A stretch of 64,000 nt of DNA from Candidatus Coprovivens sp. (GTDB taxonomy: Bacteria > Bacillota_I > Bacilli_A > RF39 > UBA660): assembly GCA_051892935.1 (NCBI GenBank), contig JBJFGS010000010.1, positions 19,469 through 83,468 on the forward strand, written 5' to 3'. This document shows positions 50,017-60,654 of this stretch, piece after piece; position 1 is the first letter of the stretch, and each line of letters begins with the position of its first letter. The notes under the pieces are model-generated. The model made no database searches and had not been told where the DNA came from. It saw only the letters and a list, made by a program, of their open reading frames with translations. Both the position numbers and the translations under genes were made by a program.

Positions 50017-51270
50017 CTATTTTTTTAGTTCTTCGATCGCTCTTGCAACTCCTAATAGTCCATACTCGTATGTTAGTCCACCTTGTTGGTAGGCAATGTA
50101 AGGAGTTCTAATTGGGCCATCACAACTTAGTTCAATGGATGAGCCTTGGGTGAATGCTCCAGAAGCCATTATTACTTGATCTTCGTATCCCGGCATATCC
50201 CATGGTATCGGAATTGATGCTGAATCTATTGGTGACCCCATTTGAATTCCTTGAACATATTTTATTAGTTTTTCCTTATCATTAAAGATGATATTTTGAA
50301 CAATATCTGCTCGTGGCTCGTTGTATTTTGGTTCAACGTTATAGTTTAAATCTTCAAGTGCTTTGCTTGTTATAATTGCCGTTTTAAGAGAACTGGCTAC
50401 TACTTTAGGAGCTAGGTATAGTCCTTGTAGAATTTGTTTGTTTATACCTAGTGTTGGACCTACTTCGCGACCTTCTCCAGGACATGTTAATCTTTCTCCA
50501 GCTAGTTCTATTAAGTCGTGTCTGCCAGCTATATAAGCTCCATTTGGAGCTATTCCTCCGCCAAGATTTTTTATAAGAGAACCAACTATTATATCTGCTC
50601 CTACTGTACATGGTGTTTTTGTTTCAACAAATTCGCAATAGCAATTATCTACCATTATGATTACATCTTTATCTATTTCTCTTATTGCTTTTATTACTTT
50701 TTCAACTTTATCTATAGTAATGCTTTTTCTAGTTGAGTATCCTTTACTACGTTGTATTTCTATTAATTTTACTTTGTTGTTTTTTAAGTATTCTTGTATT
50801 TTTTCATAATCAAAGTCATCATTTACTAAGTCTATTTGATCATACTTTACCCCAAAGGAAGCAAGACTGCTATTATTAGGTATGATACCTATTACTTCGT
50901 GAAGAGTATCATATGGAAGGCCTGTTATTGAAAGCATTTTATCATTTGGACGTAAATAAGCAAATAAAGCAACAGTTAAAGCATGAGTTCCAGAGATAAA
51001 TTGACTTCTTACTATAGCGTCTTCAGCATCTAAGATATAAGCAAATATTTTTTCTATATTGTCTCTTCCATAATCATTGTAACCGTATCCTGTTGTACTA
51101 TTGAAATAACTATCCGATACATTATGTTTATGGAAGGCACTTAGAACTTTTAAAGAATTTTTTAAGCAGTTGTTATCTATTTCTTTAAATATTTCTTTTA
51201 CTTTTAATTCTTCTTTATGTAAAAAATCTATTGTTTCTTGTGTTATTCCTAATTCTGTTAACATTAGCAT
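50017..51270 (-). CDS. Methionine gamma-lyase family / aluminium-resistance protein (YnbB-like)
   Basis: TTGYGYND, SGTHAL, PYDTL, IQRSKGY, VDNCYCEF, GSLIKNLGGG, FTQGSSIELSCDGP. Confidence 0.93.
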   Translation of the reverse strand: MLMLTELGITQETIDFLHKEELKVKEIFKEIDNNCLKNSLKVLSAFHKHNVSDSYFNSTTGYGYNDYGRDNIEKIFAYILDAEDAIVRSQFISGTHALTVALFAYLRPNDKMLSITGLPYDTLHEVIGIIPNNSSLASFGVKYDQIDLVNDDFDYEKIQEYLKNNKVKLIEIQRSKGYSTRKSITIDKVEKVIKAIREIDKDVIIMVDNCYCEFVETKTPCTVGADIIVGSLIKNLGGGIAPNGAYIAGRHDLIELAGERLTCPGEGREVGPTLGINKQILQGLYLAPKVVASSLKTAIITSKALEDLNYNVEPKYNEPRADIVQNIIFNDKEKLIKYVQGIQMGSPIDSASIPIPWDMPGYEDQVIMASGAFTQGSSIELSCDGPIRTPYIAYQQGGLTYEYGLLGVARAIEELKK

Positions 51271-52010
51271 CGACCTCCATCTATTTTTATTATTGAATCA
51301 TTTGTATATGTTGATTCTACTGCTATATGATATATTTCTTCAGCTATTTCTATTGGTTCAGAAAATCTACCCAGTAGTATATGAGAACATTCTTCTTTTA
51401 TGTATTCTTTATCTAATTCTTTATTCATTTCGGTATTAACCCATCCTGGAGCAATACAATTTACTCTGATGGTTGGTGCATAGATTTTAGCAAAGTTATG
51501 AGTTAATGATATTACTCCTGCTTTAGATGCATCATAATCCATGCTATATGGATAATATGAATCTATTCCATTAGTTGAAGATATGTTAACTATTGAGCCA
51601 TGTCCTTGTTCTTTCATATATGTTCCTATGTGTTTACAAGTTAGAAATGTTCCTATTAAATTAGTATCTATTATTTTTTGGAAATTTTCTATTGTTTTAT
51701 CTTCAAGAGTAGTATCTATGGCAATACCGGCATTGTTTATTAGAACGTCTATATTGCCAAATGTTTCTTTTGTACGATTTAATATATTTAAAACATCTTC
51801 CTCTTTAGAAACATCACATTTTATAACGATTGTTTTTATTTTATATTCTTTTTCTAATTCAGTTGCTAAATAGTAAGCTTTATCTTTGTTGTTTACATAA
51901 GTTATAACTATATTAAAATTATTTTTAGCAAAAACATAAGCTGTTTTAGCACCTATTCCACGGCTTGAACCTGTTATAATAACTGTTTTTTTGCTATAAG
52001 TTGTATTCAT
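51264..52010 (-). CDS. SDR oxidoreductase (FabG-like)
   Basis: TGSSRGIG, NNAG, NISS, YDASK, PGWVNT. Confidence 0.93.
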   Translation of the reverse strand: MNTTYSKKTVIITGSSRGIGAKTAYVFAKNNFNIVITYVNNKDKAYYLATELEKEYKIKTIVIKCDVSKEEDVLNILNRTKETFGNIDVLINNAGIAIDTTLEDKTIENFQKIIDTNLIGTFLTCKHIGTYMKEQGHGSIVNISSTNGIDSYYPYSMDYDASKAGVISLTHNFAKIYAPTIRVNCIAPGWVNTEMNKELDKEYIKEECSHILLGRFSEPIEIAEEIYHIAVESTYTNDSIIKIDGGRC

Positions 52011-52085
52011 AATGTTACCCCGTTTCTTCAAAAATTATTATAGCACGTAATCGTGTTTAATGTTATAATAACTTTGGTGATTGAA

Positions 52086-52310
52086 ATGGAATTGGAAAAT
52101 TCAGCTTACCCGCAAGAAATTACTGAACAACAAAGAGAAGAAATATTTAATTTGGGAAAAGAGTTTGCTTTTGAAGGATTAGATGAGAATGATTTTATAC
52201 ATGATAATCCTTATGAATTAGTTATCTTTAGAGAAGGTTTTAAAGAGGGATTAAAACTACAACAAGGTTTTAACAATGAGCATTCAGAGCATTCTCATTT
52301 AAGAAGATAA
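52086..52310 (+). CDS. Small hypothetical protein (74 aa)
   Basis: SD GGTGA + ATG 52086; TGtTATAAT promoter upstream; overlaps the helicase stop by 12 nt. Confidence 0.65.
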   Translation: MELENSAYPQEITEQQREEIFNLGKEFAFEGLDENDFIHDNPYELVIFREGFKEGLKLQQGFNNEHSEHSHLRR

Positions 52311-54023
52311 ATCATTTATATTTGTACTAATTAAGGAGACATTTTTGGTGTCTTTTTTTATTTCTTTTATAAAGATTGATTCATTTTTGGTTGGGCTTAT
52401 TATATAAACTTTATTTTTTGTTCTAGTTAAAGCTACATAAAAGAGTCTTCTTTCTTCTTCATATGGATATATGTCTTTAGTATTATTAACATATTTTAGT
52501 ATTTTTTCATCTTTTATTTTAGTTGGCATTCCTAGTAAATTATCTTCTATATTTATTAGAATTATTGTATTACTTTCTAAACCTTTTGACTTATGAATAG
52601 TTAAATATCTAAAGGAAATGTTTTGATATATGTAATTTTGTTTATCTTTAGTATAAGTATTATCTATATACTTGTTTATATCATTATTGTTACGCCCTAG
52701 TACCATTATATCTTTAATATTATGTTTATCTAAGAATATAAGAATGTCTTTTAGAGCTTTTATTTTATTGTTTTGGTAGTATATAACAATTGGTTTAGAA
52801 ATATGTTTACTTGATATTAGTTTTTTCTTTAGTTGAGATGGATTTTTCATAATAAATATTCCTGCTATATTGATTAATTCTTGGGGATTACGATAGGTAT
52901 TTATTATTGGAAATATTTTAGAATATTTAAAGTATGAAGAAAAATTTAAAAAAATAGATAAATTACATCCTGTGAAACGATATATCGATTGAAAATCGTC
53001 ACCGACAGCTAAAAGATGGGCGTTTGTTAAATTAATTATTTCTTTTAATAAATTAAATTTAGTTAATGAGGTGTCTTGATATTCATCTACTATTATGTAT
53101 TTATATTTTTTTATATATTTATTTGTTTTCAAAATTTCTACACTTTTGTTTATCATGTCATTAAAATCTAAAGCATTTTCTTCTAGTAATGTTTCATGAT
53201 ACCAAAAATGAATATTAAATATTAATAGTATTAAGTATTTGTTTTTTATATACTCTTTAATATTAAAAGTATATTTTATTTTTTTTAGTATTTTTAAATA
53301 GTAAGAAAAACTATAGTTATTCGATTTATATAAGTTAATAAATGTTATTATTAGTCTTTTTAAGTTAGTTAGTTCTTTATCTGAGTATTCTTTTCCAAGG
53401 ATTTTTTTTAATGCTTTTTTTAGTTTAGGTGATGATTGGATTATATTATTGAAAAAATTATCTACTATATCTTTTAAAAAGTTATCTGGTACTATTTGAT
53501 ATTTAATATTGTTTAGCTTTAATATTTCTAGAGATAGTTTATGAAATGTATAAATGTTTATATTAAAATTATAGTTTTTCTTTATATTATTTTTTAGATT
53601 AATGGTGGCTTCGTTAGTAAAAGAAATACATAATATATCAGATGGATTTACATTACATTCTTTTATAAGATAGACTATTTTACCAATTATTGTTAATGAT
53701 TTTCCACTACCTGCTCCAGCTATAACTAGTGTTGCTGGTTCATTTGATAAAACTGCTCTACTTTGATATTTATCTAATGGATAACCATTAATGTTATCTA
53801 ATATATGAGTATTATCTCTTAAATTATCAAGATAATTTATATTATGTTTTTCTATAAAATAATCTATATTTTTATAATCATTTAAAAATCTTTTTTCTAT
53901 AATAGATTTTTTTCTTTTATATTTAGTTTTTTTATATATTTTATTATATTGATTTTTTATGATAGATAGTTCTTTTTGATTAATGTATTTATTATTAATT
54001 AAATTATAAAAAGATTCTATTAT
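52299..54023 (-). CDS. UvrD/Rep/helicase IV-like SF1A DNA helicase, 574 aa, non-canonical AUA start
   Basis: Frame open from 54047 to 52299; LDKYQ, AGAGSGKS, CISFTNEA, TFHKL, DFNDMI, VDEYQD, VGDDFQSIYRF, TIHKSKGLE, EERRLFYVALTR; AAAGGAGG-7nt-ATA. Confidence 0.88.
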   Translation of the reverse strand: MIESFYNLINNKYINQKELSIIKNQYNKIYKKTKYKRKKSIIEKRFLNDYKNIDYFIEKHNINYLDNLRDNTHILDNINGYPLDKYQSRAVLSNEPATLVIAGAGSGKSLTIIGKIVYLIKECNVNPSDILCISFTNEATINLKNNIKKNYNFNINIYTFHKLSLEILKLNNIKYQIVPDNFLKDIVDNFFNNIIQSSPKLKKALKKILGKEYSDKELTNLKRLIITFINLYKSNNYSFSYYLKILKKIKYTFNIKEYIKNKYLILLIFNIHFWYHETLLEENALDFNDMINKSVEILKTNKYIKKYKYIIVDEYQDTSLTKFNLLKEIINLTNAHLLAVGDDFQSIYRFTGCNLSIFLNFSSYFKYSKIFPIINTYRNPQELINIAGIFIMKNPSQLKKKLISSKHISKPIVIYYQNNKIKALKDILIFLDKHNIKDIMVLGRNNNDINKYIDNTYTKDKQNYIYQNISFRYLTIHKSKGLESNTIILINIEDNLLGMPTKIKDEKILKYVNNTKDIYPYEEERRLFYVALTRTKNKVYIISPTKNESIFIKEIKKDTKNVSLISTNINDLSS

Positions 54024-54122
54024 ATGAAGTCCTCCTTTGGATAACTTCTATCTCGTATAAAACTATTTAGTAGTATAATCTAATTAGTTTTTTTAAGCAA
54101 GAAAAAAAAGACTTTTGTCTTT

Positions 54123-55391
54123 TTAGTTTTGGAATAATTGAACCCAATAAATCTTTCCATTAAAGCTATATTTGCCTATGCCTATTCTAGTAAATGATGG
54201 ATTTATCATATTTTCATAATGTCCTTGAGAAGCTTTCCATCCTTCACACGCTTCCTGATCAGATGAATAATTAGCTGCTAAATTTTCACCAATTACTAGA
54301 CTATCTGGAGTCGTTTTTAAATAATCATTCCAAATAGTTGACCATTCTCTACCATCAGGTCTTTTATGATCAAATTTATCAGAATATGCTATTTCCATAG
54401 CTCTTATAGTTGCCATAACGCTTAAAGTAGAATCTAATGTTAAACTTTTAACATTTTTTTCTGTTCTATATTTGTTTGTCATAGTTAAGATATTATTTCT
54501 TGTTGTAGATAAAGAACTATAAATATTAGTTGCTTCTGATTTCATTGTTTCAGTTGTACCATTAAAGGTTGAATAATCTATAGTACTAGTTTCAGCTTTT
54601 CTGCTAATTTCTTTTTTAGTACCATCATTATAAACTTCATAAGTAACTTTAGCTTTTATTATTTTTCTTACACCATATTTTACTTCTTCGGTTCTAACAA
54701 CTATCTCTTGTTCAATAGTTTTTATTGGTTTTAAAACGAATTCACCGATAGTCAAACTACCTGTTTTATCAGTACAATTTTTTGATTGATCACAAACAGT
54801 AACTACGACGCTATAGTTCCCAATATTTTTAAAATTTGAATATTGCTCATCTTTAAAACTTATTGTGTAAGAATTACTTCCACTATTATCACTATAACTA
54901 CTTAAGAAATCTTTTGCTGAGTATTTTTCTCCTTCAGATATTGCAACATTTTTTAAAGTTATAGTTGGTGCAGTAGTGTCTACTATTTTAAGAGTACTTG
55001 TATATTTATTATTATCCGATTCTATTACTACTTTATAGGTATTTATTTTTTTTAAATATCGTTTATTATCTTTAATAGTTGTAAATGATGTTTCTGATAT
55101 TTCATCATTATTATAATAATATTTTATAGATAAATTTGATTCTAAATCGCTTGAATCATTAAAGTATTCTTCAATAGTTGGTAATTCCGAACCAATTTCT
55201 AAAGTAATCATAGATTTTAATAATTCGTTATTGTTTTCTATTCCTTTATATGAACTTAGTTCACTTTTTACTGGACTAGCATTTTGATTGCCTATTTTAG
55301 AAAACATGAATATTCCTAAAACTACAAATACACTAATTGATATTAAAAGACACAATATTATTATTTTATTATCTTTTAAAAACTTCTTCAT
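54123..55391 (-). CDS. Membrane-anchored Ig-like + CAP domain protein
   Basis: TM; DTTAPTI; HKRPDG, GENLAA, WKASQGHYENM, YWVQLF. Confidence 0.9.
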   Translation of the reverse strand: MKKFLKDNKIIILCLLISISVFVVLGIFMFSKIGNQNASPVKSELSSYKGIENNNELLKSMITLEIGSELPTIEEYFNDSSDLESNLSIKYYYNNDEISETSFTTIKDNKRYLKKINTYKVVIESDNNKYTSTLKIVDTTAPTITLKNVAISEGEKYSAKDFLSSYSDNSGSNSYTISFKDEQYSNFKNIGNYSVVVTVCDQSKNCTDKTGSLTIGEFVLKPIKTIEQEIVVRTEEVKYGVRKIIKAKVTYEVYNDGTKKEISRKAETSTIDYSTFNGTTETMKSEATNIYSSLSTTRNNILTMTNKYRTEKNVKSLTLDSTLSVMATIRAMEIAYSDKFDHKRPDGREWSTIWNDYLKTTPDSLVIGENLAANYSSDQEACEGWKASQGHYENMINPSFTRIGIGKYSFNGKIYWVQLFQN

Positions 55392-55546
55392 ATTATGTGC
55401 CTCCCTATCTTAATAAGTATAGCACAACCTATTGTATAAAGTGAATTCATTTTTATAATAGATTGTATGTTTTTTATTATTATCTTATTTTACTTTAAAT
55501 ACTTTGCATGGTATAATTATATAGTAAAAATAAAAGGAGAATAGTT

Positions 55547-57904
55547 ATGAATGAATACGATACTAAGGAATATTTAACTAAAGTAGATAAGTATTGGAAT
55601 GCCGCCAATTATTTGGCAGCTGCTCAACTTTATTTATTAGATAATCCTTTGTTAAAAAGAAGTTTAAGAAAAGAAGATATCAAGAAAAAAATTGTTGGAC
55701 ACTGGGGAACCTGTCCTGGTCAGACATTTGTATATACTCATTTAAATAGAGTTATTAATAAATATGACTTAAATATGATATATATTTCTGGTCCTGGGCA
55801 TGGTGGAAATTCAGTTGTAAGTGAAGTATATTTGGAAGGTAGTTATACTGATATATATCCTTCTGTTTCATTAGATGAAGAGGGGCTAAAAAAACTATTT
55901 AAACAATTTTCATTTCCTGGAGGTATTTCAAGTCACGTTGCTCCAGAGACTCCTGGTTCTATTAATGAAGGTGGTGAACTAGGTTATTCTCTAGCTCATG
56001 GTTTTGGTGCTGTATTCGATAATCCCGATTTGATAGCTGCAGTTGTTGTTGGTGATGGTGAAGCTGAAACTGGAAGTTTAGCTACTTCTTGGCAATCTAA
56101 TAAGTTTTTAAATCCCAAAAATGATGGTGCTGTATTACCTATTTTACATTTGAATGGTTATAAAATAAGTAATCCTACTGTGCTGTCAAGGATAAGTGAA
56201 GATGAATTAATCAGTTACTTTAAAGGTATGGGTTGGGAACCAATTGTTGTATGTGGTGAAGAACCTATGTATATGCACAAGGAAATGGCTAAAGCATTAG
56301 ATAGATGTATTGAAAAAATTAAAAGAATTCAAAAAGAAGCTCGTGAAAATGATAATATAGAGAGACCTAAATGGCCTATGATTATTTTAAGGACTCCTAA
56401 AGGATGGACTGGTCCTAAAGTAGTTAATGGTCAAGAAATTGAAGGAACATTCAGAGCTCATCAAGTTCCAATTGATATGAGTAGTGATGAGCATTTAGAT
56501 TTGTTAGAAGCTTGGTTAAGAAGTTATCATCCAGAAGAATTATTTGACAATAATGGCAGATTAATTCCAGAGTTGCAAGCTTTAGCTCCAATTGGTGATA
56601 GGAGAATGGGTTCTAATCCTCATGCAAATGGTGGACGTTTATTAAAAGATTTAATTTTACCTGATTTTAGAAAATATGCACTTGATATTCCTAATCCTGG
56701 TGAAATTGAAGCACAAGATATGATGGAATTAGGTAGATATGTTAGAGATGTATTTAAATTAAATGCACACAATAAAAACTTTAGAATATTTGGTCCAGAT
56801 GAGACAATGTCTAATAGATTAAAATATAGTTTTGAAGCTGAAAATAGAAGTTGGATGGCTGATTTAAAAGATAATGATGAATTCCTTGCTAAAGATGGAC
56901 GTATTATGGATGGTATGCTTTCTGAAAATATGTGTCAAGGCTGGTTAGAAGGATATTTATTGACAGGAAGACATGGTTTCTTTGCAAGTTACGAAGCTTT
57001 TGTTAGAGTTGTTGATTCTATGGCATCTCAACATGCAAAATGGTTAAAAATTACTAAGCCATTACCTTGGAGAGAAGAAATTGCTTCACTTAATTATATT
57101 TTAACAAGTAATGTATGGCAACAAGATCATAACGGTTATACACATCAAGATCCAGGATTCCTTGATCATTTAGCCGCTAAGAAAGCTGATGTTACACGTA
57201 TTTATTTACCTCCTGATACAAACTGCTTATTATCTTGTTTTGATCATTGTATGAAAACTAAAAATTATATAAATGTTTTAGTTACTTCTAAGCATCCAAG
57301 ACCACAATGGTTAACGATGGATCAAGCTGTAAAACATTGTACTCAAGGGTTGGGTATTTGGGATTTTGCTAGTAATGATCAAGATGGTGAACCAGATATT
57401 ATAATGGTTTGTTGTGGGGAAGCACCAACTTTAGAAAGTATGGCTGCTGTTAGTATTTTAAGAGAGCATTTACCAAAATTAAGGATAAGATTTATAAATG
57501 TTGTTGATTTATTTAAATTACAAACTAGTCATAAACATCCTCATGGATTAACTGATGAAGAATACGATGCTTTATTTACTAAAAAGAAACCAATCTTATT
57601 TAATTTCCATGGTTATCCTTCATTAATACATGAATTACTATATGAAAGAACTAATCATAATATAACTGTTAAAGGTTATATGGAAGAAGGTTCTATTACT
57701 ACTCCGTTTGATATGAGAGTTCAAAATGAGATAGATAGATATCATTTAGTAATAGAAGTATGTAAAATGGTTCCTAATTTAGGAAGTAAAGGTATTTACT
57801 TAAGTAAATTAATGAAAGAAAAAATAATTGAACATAAGCAATATATTCATGAGTATGGTATTGATATGCCAGAGGTTAAAGATTGGAAATGGGAAAATAA
57901 ATAA
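55547..57904 (+). CDS. xfp: Phosphoketolase (XFP family)
   Basis: [52 protein letters not shown]. Confidence 0.97.
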   Translation: MNEYDTKEYLTKVDKYWNAANYLAAAQLYLLDNPLLKRSLRKEDIKKKIVGHWGTCPGQTFVYTHLNRVINKYDLNMIYISGPGHGGNSVVSEVYLEGSYTDIYPSVSLDEEGLKKLFKQFSFPGGISSHVAPETPGSINEGGELGYSLAHGFGAVFDNPDLIAAVVVGDGEAETGSLATSWQSNKFLNPKNDGAVLPILHLNGYKISNPTVLSRISEDELISYFKGMGWEPIVVCGEEPMYMHKEMAKALDRCIEKIKRIQKEARENDNIERPKWPMIILRTPKGWTGPKVVNGQEIEGTFRAHQVPIDMSSDEHLDLLEAWLRSYHPEELFDNNGRLIPELQALAPIGDRRMGSNPHANGGRLLKDLILPDFRKYALDIPNPGEIEAQDMMELGRYVRDVFKLNAHNKNFRIFGPDETMSNRLKYSFEAENRSWMADLKDNDEFLAKDGRIMDGMLSENMCQGWLEGYLLTGRHGFFASYEAFVRVVDSMASQHAKWLKITKPLPWREEIASLNYILTSNVWQQDHNGYTHQDPGFLDHLAAKKADVTRIYLPPDTNCLLSCFDHCMKTKNYINVLVTSKHPRPQWLTMDQAVKHCTQGLGIWDFASNDQDGEPDIIMVCCGEAPTLESMAAVSILREHLPKLRIRFINVVDLFKLQTSHKHPHGLTDEEYDALFTKKKPILFNFHGYPSLIHELLYERTNHNITVKGYMEEGSITTPFDMRVQNEIDRYHLVIEVCKMVPNLGSKGIYLSKLMKEKIIEHKQYIHEYGIDMPEVKDWKWENK

Positions 57905-57939
57905 AAAAAGCTTCACATCAAATTGATGTGAAGTTTTTT
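57904..57939. terminator. Bidirectional terminator
   Basis: AAAAAGCTTCACATCAA-a-TTGATGTGAAGTTTTT. Confidence 0.8.
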
Positions 57940-58732
57940 ATTGGATTATACTATCATCTAATTTTTGAATTGATTGATTACTATGATTAATACTTGCAAA
58001 TGTTTGCGCTATTTTTGATGCAAGTATTATTAATACTACTCCTAATATAATGCTAATTATTCCAACTGTATCGAAAGGGTTTAACATAGTTTCTATTATA
58101 CTAGCAACTTCTTCGTCTATTGATTCTTGAGATATAAATGATATTAATAATTTACTTAATCCATATACTGCAAGACCGGCTGTAGCTAATGTCTCTCCTA
58201 GTCTTTTAACTCCTTTTTTTACATCTTTTGTTAATACACAAATACCTAGTTCTAATAATATTGTTACTATAATTCCACTAATTAATGAGCTAGTCGAAAA
58301 TAATGATTGAAGAATATCTAATCCTTCAGTATCTTCGGAAATTCTTTCTTCTTTTAAACTGTCTTCTAACTCTTTTATATTTTCTTCAATTGCGTCTTTT
58401 TCGATTTCAATATCTGTTTTTTCTTCAATATATTCTAAAAGGTTTTTAAAGTCTGGCATTTCATCACTAATTCTAGCACTATATTTTAATGTATCAGCTA
58501 CTACTTTAGAAAACATTTTTTTGAACTCTTTGTCTTCTTCCATTAATTCTTTTAGTTCCTCTTCCTCAGCAATACCTGTAGTTTCTAGAAAATCATATTT
58601 TTCGATCATAGTATCAATCATTTTTTCTACAGATCCAGTACTAATTGCTCCTCTTAGTCCAATTAATGTTAATGTTCCAATTATTGAAAAGAACATTACA
58701 ATAGTTAATAATCCTGATAATAGTTTTTTCAT
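57938..58732 (-). CDS. Hypothetical 4-TM membrane protein
   Basis: N-terminal TM, acidic extracellular helix bundle, three C-terminal TMs. Confidence 0.75.
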   Translation of the reverse strand: MKKLLSGLLTIVMFFSIIGTLTLIGLRGAISTGSVEKMIDTMIEKYDFLETTGIAEEEELKELMEEDKEFKKMFSKVVADTLKYSARISDEMPDFKNLLEYIEEKTDIEIEKDAIEENIKELEDSLKEERISEDTEGLDILQSLFSTSSLISGIIVTILLELGICVLTKDVKKGVKRLGETLATAGLAVYGLSKLLISFISQESIDEEVASIIETMLNPFDTVGIISIILGVVLIILASKIAQTFASINHSNQSIQKLDDSIIQ

Positions 58733-58822
58733 TCTTTTTCTCACACTCCATTTTTTTTATTTTATCATAATTTATTTTTATTGTTAATCAATAATTGATA
58801 TACTAATTATGTGGTGATGATA

Positions 58823-59539
58823 ATGAGAGAGATATTAGAATTACAGAGAATGATAGATGAAGCTAAAAATATTGTCTTTTTTGGGGGAGCAGGTGTTAGT
58901 ACTGAATCGGGAATAAAAGATTTTAGAAGTGTTGATGGTTTATATAATGAAAAATATGACTTTCCACCTGAGGTGATGCTTAGTAGAAGTTTTTTTGATA
59001 ATCATCAAGAAGAGTTTTTTAAATTTTATAAAGATAAATTGAATTGTTTAGACATAGAACCAAATGTTACCCATAAGTACTTGAAGAAGTTAGAAGATAT
59101 AGGAAAGTTAAAAGCTATTATCACTCAAAACATAGATGGACTTCACGAAAAAAGTGGATCAAAAAATGTTTTATTACTTCATGGGACAGTTTTTAAAAAT
59201 CATTGTATAGAATGTAATAAAGAATATAGTGCAGAATACGTATTTAATAGTAAAGGTATTCCTAAATGTACTTGTGGAGGTACTGTTAAACCAGATGTCG
59301 TTTTATATGAAGAGCCTTTAAATGAGAACGTTGTTGCTAAAGCAATTGAAGCTATTAAGAATTGTGATTTACTGATTGTTGCTGGTACTTCTTTAGTAGT
59401 ATATCCTGCTGCCTCTTATATTAGATATTTTAATGGTAAGTATTTAGTTATTGTTAATATAGATAGTACTACTTATGATAGTATGGCTGATTTGGTTATA
59501 CATGATAAATTAGGTAATATTTTTGGTAAGTTAAAATAA
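58823..59539 (+). CDS. cobB: NAD-dependent protein deacylase (sirtuin)
   Basis: GGAGVSTESGIKDFRS, TQNIDGLH, LHG, CIEC..CTC, KPDVVLYEE, GTSLVVYPAA. Confidence 0.95.
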   Translation: MREILELQRMIDEAKNIVFFGGAGVSTESGIKDFRSVDGLYNEKYDFPPEVMLSRSFFDNHQEEFFKFYKDKLNCLDIEPNVTHKYLKKLEDIGKLKAIITQNIDGLHEKSGSKNVLLLHGTVFKNHCIECNKEYSAEYVFNSKGIPKCTCGGTVKPDVVLYEEPLNENVVAKAIEAIKNCDLLIVAGTSLVVYPAASYIRYFNGKYLVIVNIDSTTYDSMADLVIHDKLGNIFGKLK

Positions 59540-59585
59540 AAGATATGTTGATTTTATTAACATATCTTTTTGGTTTTTTTTATTT

Positions 59586-60503
59586 TTAATCTTTAAATAG
59601 TTTATTAACATTTTGAGATGGTACTAATATATTCATTTTTTTATTAGTTTTAATATGAAAAGTATCTCCGCTATATTCGTATTTTTCACCATCAATACAC
59701 CATTTTTTTGATGGTTTATCAATTAATTTAATTTTTATGTCTTTAGCTTTTAGAGATTTTATTTTATCAGTATTTCTTCCTAAAAATAATTGTAAAAAGC
59801 TTTTTATAAATTGACCTTTTGTTTTGGCTTGACATAGGAGAACTTCCATTTCACCATCATTTAAACATACATTTTTATGGAATCTATCAACTCCTGCTAC
59901 ATGATCAGAATTAGATATCATAATTAGGGAATAATAGCCATCCATTTTTTCGCCATCTATTTCTATTTCGACATTATATCTTCTTAGTTTATCTAGCGCT
60001 TCTTTTAGACCATCTTTAAGATAAGCTAGGTAACCAGATTTTCTTTTATCTGAGCTTTTTGTTTCATATGGAATATTCATGAATTTTCCCATTCCTACTA
60101 CATATACGAATGGTGTATCATTAATTGTTCCTATATCCATGTTTTTTATTTCTCCTGATAAAGCTAGTTCAATATTTTTTACAGGATCGGGACCATATCC
60201 TAACATGGTTGCAACATCGTTACATGTTCCACTTGGTAAAGGGCAGATAGTTAATTTTTTACTACGCATCATGTTGCCTCTTACTACTTCATTTAGGGTA
60301 CCATCTCCGCCTACTGAAAATACAATATCATGGTATTCGGCAGATACTATTGCTTCTGTTGCAAAGCCCATACCTTTGGTAGCAACAATATCTACTTTAC
60401 AATTATTTTCTTCTAGTAGTTTTTTGTATATATCTATCTTTTCTTTTACTTGACCTTTACCACTACGGGGATTGTATATTATTAAACAACTTTTATTTTT
60501 CAT
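59586..60503 (-). CDS. Diacylglycerol/lipid kinase (YegS/DgkB family)
   Basis: IYNPRSG, GGDGTLNEV, PSGTCNDVA, CIDGE. Confidence 0.93.
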   Translation of the reverse strand: MKNKSCLIIYNPRSGKGQVKEKIDIYKKLLEENNCKVDIVATKGMGFATEAIVSAEYHDIVFSVGGDGTLNEVVRGNMMRSKKLTICPLPSGTCNDVATMLGYGPDPVKNIELALSGEIKNMDIGTINDTPFVYVVGMGKFMNIPYETKSSDKRKSGYLAYLKDGLKEALDKLRRYNVEIEIDGEKMDGYYSLIMISNSDHVAGVDRFHKNVCLNDGEMEVLLCQAKTKGQFIKSFLQLFLGRNTDKIKSLKAKDIKIKLIDKPSKKWCIDGEKYEYSGDTFHIKTNKKMNILVPSQNVNKLFKD

Positions 60504-60654
60504 AAAAAACCTCCTATGGCGTCCTATACGTACATTATTTTACTACTAAACTTTATATAATTGTTGTTTTTTTTATGAAAAATTATTAAAAGTGTATTTT
60601 TTTATAATTATATATTATTATAAGTAGATAATTGTATATAAAAACTAAAGGAAA

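Noticed and set aside
52299-54023. Helicase as a frameshifted pseudogene, or AUA/AGG codon reassignment
   Set aside because: Frame is continuous. ATA encodes conserved Ile in infB (TIMGH) and AGG encodes conserved Arg in xfp (LRTPKGW), so the standard code holds in the cases checked.
58823-59539. Sirtuin as an anti-phage SIR2 (Thoeris/DSR-type) effector
   Set aside because: Canonical Zn-binding CobB-type deacylase of normal length with no defence partner.
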